Positions 25,973 through 31,294 of a stretch of 31,294 nucleotides of DNA are shown here, one piece after another (the first letter of the stretch is position 1; every line of letters starts with the position of its first letter). This DNA is from Dermatophilaceae bacterium (lineage in GTDB: Bacteria > Actinomycetota > Actinomycetes > Actinomycetales > Dermatophilaceae), in contig JBIOUP010000110.1 in the NCBI GenBank assembly GCA_044867305.1, forward strand, positions 1 through 31,294. The letters run 5' to 3'. The notes below the pieces were generated by a model that had not been told where the DNA came from, ran no database searches, and saw nothing but the letters and a program-made list of their open reading frames with translations. Both the position numbers and the translations under genes were made by a program.

Positions 25973-27457
25973 ATGGGCAAGGACATCGAAGCGGTCACCT
26001 TCACGAGGGAGCAGCGCCAGCGCTACCGCGAGAAGGTCACCTTGTGCCTGGACGTCTTCGCCCGGATGCTCGCGTTCAGCCACTTCGAGTTCGACAAGCC
26101 GATGACCGGCATGGAGATCGAGCTCAACCTCGTCGGACGCGACTACCGCCCGCGGATGGACAACGCCCAGGTGCTGCGTCGCATCGAGGACCCGGAGTAC
26201 CAGACCGAGCTGGGGCGCTACAACATCGAGTTCAACGTCAGCCCGCGTCAACTGCTCGGGGACACCGCCTTCGAGATGGAACGTGAACTGCGTGCCTCGC
26301 TCAACGAGGCCGAACGACGCAGCGCCGAGCTCGGCACACACATCATGATGATCGGCATCCTGCCCACGGTCACCCCGGGGCACTTCGAGGGCGAGTGGAT
26401 GAGCGCCAACGCTCGCTACCAAGCGCTCAACGACGCCGTACTCGCGGCTCGGGGCGAGGACATCTTCCTCGACATCGAAGGCCCCTCCGGCGAACGGCTG
26501 GCCCAGTATGCCGACTCGCTCGCACCCGAGTCCGCGTGCACCTCGATGCAGCTGCACCTTCAGGTCGCGCCCGGAGAGTTCGCCGACCACTGGAACGGCG
26601 CCCAGGCCCTAGCCGGACCCCAGGTGGCCCTCGCCGCCAACTCACCGTTCTTCTACGGCCGCCAGCTGTGGGCCGAGACGCGCATCGTGCTGTTCACCCA
26701 GGCCGCCGATACCCGCTCGGTGGAGCTGAAGAACCAAGGGGTGCGCCCGCGCGTGTTCTTCGGCGACCGGTGGATCACGTCGATCTTCGACCTGTTCGAG
26801 GAGAACGTGCGCTTCTTCCCCGCACTGCTGCCCGAGCTGTCCGACGAGGACCCGGTGGCCGTGCTCGAGACCGGCGGCGTGCCGGCGCTGGCCGAGATGC
26901 GTCTGCACAACGGCACCATCTACCGCTGGAACCGGCCGATCTACGACATCGTCGGCGGGACACCGCATCTGCGCGTGGAGAACCGGGTGCTGCCTGCCGG
27001 GCCGACGATCGTCGACGCCATGGCCAACGCGCTTTTCTACTACGGGGCGTTGCGGGCGCTGGCGCACGAGGACCGGCCAGTGTGGACCCGGATGAGCTTC
27101 GGTGTGGCGCAAGAGAACTTCCTGGCTGCTGCGCGCGACGGCATCGAGGCCCGGCTGTTCTGGCCGCGCCTGGGTGACCTGCCGGCCACCGAGCTGGTGC
27201 TGCGACACCTGCTACCCCTGGCTCACGAAGGGCTGCGGCAATGGGGAGTGTCCGACGCCGTGCGCGAGCACTACCTGGGGGTGATCGAGGGCCGTTGCTT
27301 GTCCTCACACAACGGCGCCAGCTGGCAGATCGAGACGGTGCATCGGCTGCAGGCCCGCGGGGTCGACCGGGTCGAAGCGTTGCGCCGGATGCTCGAACAG
27401 TATGCCGAGAACATGCACGCCAACGTGCCGGTGCACTCCTGGGAGCTCTCGCCGTGA
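25973..27457 (+). CDS. Glutamate--cysteine ligase family 2 (GCS2) protein
   Basis: GMEIELNL, QTELGRYNIEFN, IGILPT, ESACTSMQLHLQV, ALAANSPF, LHNGTIYRWNRP and LRVENRVLPAGPT. Confidence 0.9.
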   Translation: MGKDIEAVTFTREQRQRYREKVTLCLDVFARMLAFSHFEFDKPMTGMEIELNLVGRDYRPRMDNAQVLRRIEDPEYQTELGRYNIEFNVSPRQLLGDTAFEMERELRASLNEAERRSAELGTHIMMIGILPTVTPGHFEGEWMSANARYQALNDAVLAARGEDIFLDIEGPSGERLAQYADSLAPESACTSMQLHLQVAPGEFADHWNGAQALAGPQVALAANSPFFYGRQLWAETRIVLFTQAADTRSVELKNQGVRPRVFFGDRWITSIFDLFEENVRFFPALLPELSDEDPVAVLETGGVPALAEMRLHNGTIYRWNRPIYDIVGGTPHLRVENRVLPAGPTIVDAMANALFYYGALRALAHEDRPVWTRMSFGVAQENFLAAARDGIEARLFWPRLGDLPATELVLRHLLPLAHEGLRQWGVSDAVREHYLGVIEGRCLSSHNGASWQIETVHRLQARGVDRVEALRRMLEQYAENMHANVPVHSWELSP

Positions 27458-27471
27458 CCGCGCGCAACCGC

Positions 27472-27540
27472 GCAAACTCAACGAGTTTGTTGTTGCTCCA
27501 TGACGCATCGCGGAGTAACGACAAAGTCGCGGAGTTTGTC
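27472..27540. repeat. Nested palindromic REP-like element
   Basis: GCAAACTC-aac-GAGTTTGT, TTTGTTGTTGCTCC/GGAGTAACGACAAA and GACAAAGTC-gcg-GAGTTTGTC. Confidence 0.75.
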
Positions 27541-27611
27541 GGCAGCCGGCCGACGCCTCGACGAAGAGAAGGACGGAACATCCGCTCTCGTCGCAGTGCG
27601 GAGCGCCGCCC

Positions 27612-28109
27612 ATGACCAGCAGCTCGAACACCCCGATCGCCGGCGTCCCTGACCATCTGCACACGGTCACCCCGCGGCTGGTCGTCAGCGACGGCCCTGC
27701 CGCGATCGCGTTCTATCGCAACGCGTTCGGAGCCGAACAGCTCGGTGATGCATTCACGGCACCCAGCGGCCAGCTCATCCATGCCGAGCTGCGGATCGGG
27801 GACTCCGTCGTCATGGTGACCGAGGACGCCGGCGACGACGGCGCGCCGGTCAAGGCCCCGTCATCCCTCGGAGGCATGGTCACCGCCATCATGGCCATGT
27901 ACTGGCCGGACGTGGACGTCGCGTGGGAACGAGCCGTCGCCGCAGGCGCCGAGATCGTCTACCCGTTGGCTGACCAGTTCTACGGCGAGCGCGGCGGGCG
28001 CCTGCGCAATCCGTTCGGTCAGCAATGGATGCTGAGTCAGCGGACCGAGGACCTCACCCCCGAGTCGCTGGACCGGCGCGCCGCAGAGTTCTTCGACTCA
28101 GCCGACTGA
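27612..28109 (+). CDS. VOC family protein (PhnB-like glyoxalase/bleomycin resistance)
   Basis: TVTPRLVV..GPAAIAFY..AFGA, HAEL.IGDS.VM, DVD.AW.RAVAAGA and DQFYGERGG.LRNPFG..W. Confidence 0.9.
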   Translation: MTSSSNTPIAGVPDHLHTVTPRLVVSDGPAAIAFYRNAFGAEQLGDAFTAPSGQLIHAELRIGDSVVMVTEDAGDDGAPVKAPSSLGGMVTAIMAMYWPDVDVAWERAVAAGAEIVYPLADQFYGERGGRLRNPFGQQWMLSQRTEDLTPESLDRRAAEFFDSAD

Positions 28110-28138
28110 CCCCTGCGGCGGCGTGCAAGGCTGTCGGC

Positions 28139-29032
28139 ATGCGCCTGCCGTTCCGACTGCTCAACGTCTTCGCCATCGAGGGCGACCCGTTCTCCGGCAA
28201 CCCGCTCGCCGTTTTCGACGCCCCGGCTGAGCCGCTCGATGCCGCCGTGATGCAACAGGTGGCCCGCCAGTTCAACCTTTCCGAGTCGACGTTCCTCACC
28301 CTCGCAGAAGCGGGGGGCGACCTTGCGGGCATCGACGCCGCGGTCCGGATCTTCACGCCGACCATCGAGATGCCGTTCGCCGGGCACCCAACGCTCGGCA
28401 CGGCATACGTGGTAGGGGAGCGCACGGGGCGCGACGCGGTCGTGCTTCGTATGCCGGCGGGTGACATCCCGGTTCGCGCTGACGCAAGCGGGTGGACCCT
28501 CACGGCCAACCCGGCGACGGTCCGTCCGGATGACACCGACGGTGCCGAGCTGGCCGCGATGCTGGGGGTGGACCCGACAGACGTGGCCGGGCCCGGAGTC
28601 TGGGTCGAGGCTGGCGTCGACCAGCTGCTCGTGCCGTTGGTGTCGCCCGACGCGGTCCGGCGGGCCGTCCCCGACGCCGGCCTGCTGCGCCGGCACGCGA
28701 TGTCGCCTCGGGGGGAAGCGCTGTGTCTTGCCTGGGCACGCGCCGGTCTGGACACCGTCGAGGCGCGGTTCTTCTTCAGCCAGGGCACGTCGGTTGTCGA
28801 GGACCCGGCGACCGGCTCGGCCGCGGCGAACCTGGGCAGCCTGCTCGCCCACGAGGGCGCCCGCTCGACCCGGATGGTCATCTCCCAGGGCGCCGCAGTG
28901 CTGCGTCCCTCGTTGCTCACCGTCGCGATCGACGCGAACGGCGTGGTCACCGTCGGCGGCCGAGTCACCCAGATTGGTGCCGGCAGCGTCGACGTCGACC
29001 TACCAAGCGCCGATTCGGTTGCTGCAGACTGA
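28139..29032 (+). CDS. PhzF family (DAP-epimerase-like) isomerase
   Basis: NVF...PFSGNPLAV, QFNLSESTF (catalytic Glu), RIFTP..EMPFAGHPTLGTA and EDPATGSAA. Confidence 0.92.
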   Translation: MRLPFRLLNVFAIEGDPFSGNPLAVFDAPAEPLDAAVMQQVARQFNLSESTFLTLAEAGGDLAGIDAAVRIFTPTIEMPFAGHPTLGTAYVVGERTGRDAVVLRMPAGDIPVRADASGWTLTANPATVRPDDTDGAELAAMLGVDPTDVAGPGVWVEAGVDQLLVPLVSPDAVRRAVPDAGLLRRHAMSPRGEALCLAWARAGLDTVEARFFFSQGTSVVEDPATGSAAANLGSLLAHEGARSTRMVISQGAAVLRPSLLTVAIDANGVVTVGGRVTQIGAGSVDVDLPSADSVAAD

Positions 29033-29565
29033 TGCCCACCTACATCGCGTTCCTGCGCGCGGTCAATGTTGGGTCCCGGTGGGTTAAGATGGCGCGGATC
29101 AACGCGCTGCTGCCCGAGCACGGCTACGCCGAGGTCGCCACTCACATCCAGAGCGGGAACCTGCGGGTCACCACACCGACACGCAGCGCTGCCGAGGTCG
29201 CGTCACATCTGCAGACGGTGCTGTCGGAGGAGTTCGGCTTCGACATCCCGACAATCGTGCGCACGCCGGCGCAGCTGCGCGAGCTCGTGGCGACGGTCGA
29301 GGGGATGACGCCTCCGCTGCCGGACGCCCGCGTCTACATCGTCTTCCTGCAAGCCGGACCGTCGGCAGAGGCACGCTCTCGGCTGCAGGGCTGGGACAAC
29401 GCGGGGGAGCGCGCGGTGGTCGTGGGGCCGCACGTGATCCTGTGGCTGTCGGTGCCGTTCCACAAGGCCCGGCTGACCAACGCCCGGATCGAGAGCATCG
29501 CCGGAGTCGCCACCACGCGAGACCTCAAGGTGGTTCGTACCCTGGTGCAGAAGTGGGCCGGCTGA
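29032..29565 (+). CDS. DUF1697 domain protein
   Basis: TGATG overlap. YIAFLRAVNVG...M...V.THIQSGN and TTRDLKVV. Confidence 0.9.
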   Translation: MPTYIAFLRAVNVGSRWVKMARINALLPEHGYAEVATHIQSGNLRVTTPTRSAAEVASHLQTVLSEEFGFDIPTIVRTPAQLRELVATVEGMTPPLPDARVYIVFLQAGPSAEARSRLQGWDNAGERAVVVGPHVILWLSVPFHKARLTNARIESIAGVATTRDLKVVRTLVQKWAG

Positions 29566-29578
29566 GTCGGGTCGCCGC

Positions 29579-30343
29579 TCACCTGCTGCGGCGAACGACC
29601 TCGAAGCACAGGACCGCGGCGGCCGCAGAAACGTTGAGGGACTCCACCTCGCCGGCCATGGGGATCGAGACCCAGGTCTGCACCTGGAAAGCGACGTCGT
29701 ACCCCAGACCTGCGGTCTCGCTGCCGAGCAGGTATGCCGTGTCGCGCGGCAGGTCGGTGTCGAACAGGGTCAGCGGGGCAGCGGCATCCAGCCCCACGAC
29801 ATGAAAGCCATTGTCGCGCAAGGTCTGCACCGCCTCGGTCGCAGTCGCAGTCTTGAGGATGGGCGCGCGGAAGGCGACGCCCGCGGAGGCTTTGACGACG
29901 AGCGGGTCGAGCGAGGCGACCCCGCGGCGCGGCACGACGATGCCGCTGAACCCCGCAGCGGTGGCCGTTCGCAGGGTCATGCCGACGTTCGCCGGAGTGG
30001 TGATCCCGTCGAGAACGAGGACCGACCCGGACAGCCCCTCGGCCAGGGCGCGATCGAGTGAGCGCATCCTCGGCGCCACGACGTCGGCGCACACCCCCTG
30101 GTCCTGTTTGCCGTTGCCGGCCAGCTTCTTGACCCGCTCGGCGGAAACCCGATGCAGCGCAACGCCCCGTCGCTGCGCGGCGGCGACGATCTCGTGGACA
30201 TGCGGTCCGCGCGCCTGCTCGGCGACCAGGACCTTGTCGATGTCCAGGGCGTTGTTCTGCAGCGCCTCGAGCACCGGGTTACGCCCGTACACCGTGATGA
30301 ACCGGTCCTTGGGCGACACCGGCGCCCTGGTGCGCTCGGACAT
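29579..30343 (-). CDS. TrmH/SpoU family RNA 2'-O-methyltransferase
   Basis: YGRNPVLEAL, DQGVCA, LDGITTPANVG...RTA, GSETAGL and IPMAGEVESLNVSAA. CAGGAT lies 6 nt upstream of ATG 30343. Confidence 0.92.
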   Translation of the reverse strand: MSERTRAPVSPKDRFITVYGRNPVLEALQNNALDIDKVLVAEQARGPHVHEIVAAAQRRGVALHRVSAERVKKLAGNGKQDQGVCADVVAPRMRSLDRALAEGLSGSVLVLDGITTPANVGMTLRTATAAGFSGIVVPRRGVASLDPLVVKASAGVAFRAPILKTATATEAVQTLRDNGFHVVGLDAAAPLTLFDTDLPRDTAYLLGSETAGLGYDVAFQVQTWVSIPMAGEVESLNVSAAAAVLCFEVVRRSR

Positions 30344-30527
30344 GCCACCATCCTGCCCTTGTTCAGGCCCCGTTCGCCCGAAGGGCGCCGAGCGTCTGAT
30401 CACCTGGCGGCCAGGGGCACTTTCACCGCTTCTGAGCCAGCGCAGCGGCCCCGGCCCTCGCGACGGACTGCGGGACCAACGCCCGGGGGGCTGACAACCG
30501 AGGCGAGGTACCGTGGGAAGTGCCCGG

Positions 30528-30541
30528 TGCAAGCGCTTTAT
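30528..30541. promoter_or_regulatory. Candidate LacI-family operator upstream of the GH13 gene
   Basis: TGCAAGCGCTTTAT has an AAGCGCTT palindromic core and sits just downstream of TACCGT (30509-30514). Confidence 0.5.
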
Positions 30542-30587
30542 GCGCAAACCGCCGGAGGTCCGAGGGAAGGAACCGCCAGCTGTGCCG

Positions 30588-31294
30588 ATGCCGCGTGCCC
30601 CCCTTCAGGGCACCTTTCCGCGGCCCGAAGTCTGCGCCGACTCATGTGGTCAGGCCCTGGAACGCGCCGCGGCGGTCCTGGGTGGCTGCTCGACTGAGCG
30701 GCAGGAAGCGTTCGAGCTGCGCCTGCGCCGCTGGTGGGACGAGCTGACCTGCGGACTCACCGAGCTCTACGACGAGCGGGCAGCAGTCGTCGCGGACCGG
30801 CTCGTGCAGCTGGCGGCGAGGGCATACCGCGACCGTGATCCGGACCTGCACCGGCTCGACACCCGGCGCCTGCTCGAGCCGGACTGGCTGCAGTCGCCGC
30901 GCATGTTCGGCTACGCGGCCTACGCCGACCGGTTCGCGACGGACCTCTGCGGCGTCCAACAACGCATCGGCTACCTCAAGGAGCTGGGCGTCACCTACCT
31001 GCACCTCATGCCGCTGTTGCGCTCCCGAGACGGAGACGACGACGGCGGGTATGCCGTGTCGGACTTCCGGGAGGTCCGCCCCGACCTGGGTACCGTCGAC
31101 CACCTCCGCGACCTGGCGAAGCTGTTGCGCGACAACGGGATCAGCCTGGTGCTGGACCTGGTGCTCAACCACGTGGCTCGGGAGCACGAGTGGGCCCGGC
31201 GCGCCCGAGCCGGCGAACCGGCATACCGCGACTACTTCTACATCTACCCCGACCGCACCGAGCCGGACCGGTTCGAGGCCAGCCTGCCCGAGGT
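30588..31294 (+). CDS. Amylosucrase-like GH13 alpha-amylase family protein, N-terminal part; runs off the right edge
   Basis: Not in the ORF track. Manual translation gives PDWLQSPRMFGYAAYADRF, YLKELGVTYLHLMPLL, DDGGYAVSDFREVRPDLGT and LVLDLVLNHVAREHEWA. The start may be GTG 30582. Confidence 0.88.
   Translation, partial: MPRAPLQGTFPRPEVCADSCGQALERAAAVLGGCSTERQEAFELRLRRWWDELTCGLTELYDERAAVVADRLVQLAARAYRDRDPDLHRLDTRRLLEPDWLQSPRMFGYAAYADRFATDLCGVQQRIGYLKELGVTYLHLMPLLRSRDGDDDGGYAVSDFREVRPDLGTVDHLRDLAKLLRDNGISLVLDLVLNHVAREHEWARRARAGEPAYRDYFYIYPDRTEPDRFEASLPE

Larger units (their letters stand above)
305..31226. repeat. Dispersed over-represented octamer CGGCATAC/GTATGCCG
   Basis: About 34 exact copies by manual count (15 as CGGCATAC and 19 as GTATGCCG on the + strand). 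Confidence 0.9.

Noticed and set aside
305-31226. The octamer as a Chi or KOPS site
   Set aside because: Both orientations are about equally frequent (15 vs 19) within one window, whereas Chi and KOPS are replichore-polarised. Not fully excluded without whole-genome data.
1-31294. CRISPR arrays, tRNA/rRNA genes, IS elements or integrases
   Set aside because: No regularly spaced repeats, cloverleafs, rRNA-like segments or transposase/integrase motifs were seen.

Overview
High-GC (roughly 70%, estimated by eye) actinobacterial chromosome segment, probably Micrococcales (Intrasporangiaceae/Dermatophilaceae-like; inference). It holds about 31 genes: a truncated N6-adenine DNA methyltransferase at the left edge, ppk2, a scrambled dps pseudogene, a K+ channel with a LURP-one gene, DUF1345, amrS-amrB without amrA, and a DeoR / KDPG-aldolase / MFS / P-loop-kinase sugar-acid module. 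These are followed by an Abhydrolase_9 gene, a Ca2+/H+ antiporter, the conserved actinobacterial cluster CDP-alcohol transferase-DUF881-sbp-DUF881-gcvH-garA-MerR-DUF151-MerR-glycine riboswitch-gcvP, sbcDC, a GCS2 ligase, VOC, PhzF, DUF1697, a TrmH methyltransferase and a truncated amylosucrase-like GH13 at the right edge. I saw no rRNA, tRNA, CRISPR array or IS element. The strongest signal the genes do not explain is a non-palindromic octamer, CGGCATAC/GTATGCCG. It occurs about 34 times by manual count, against about 1 expected, on both strands and in several reading frames, and it often coincides with rare codons, like a DNA-uptake sequence or HIP1-type signature. Also notable are a dps gene with a 90-bp internal inversion between 7-bp inverted repeats, PafBC-type DNA-damage promoters in front of sbcDC and (degenerate) the methyltransferase, and two long REP-like palindromes with related ends.
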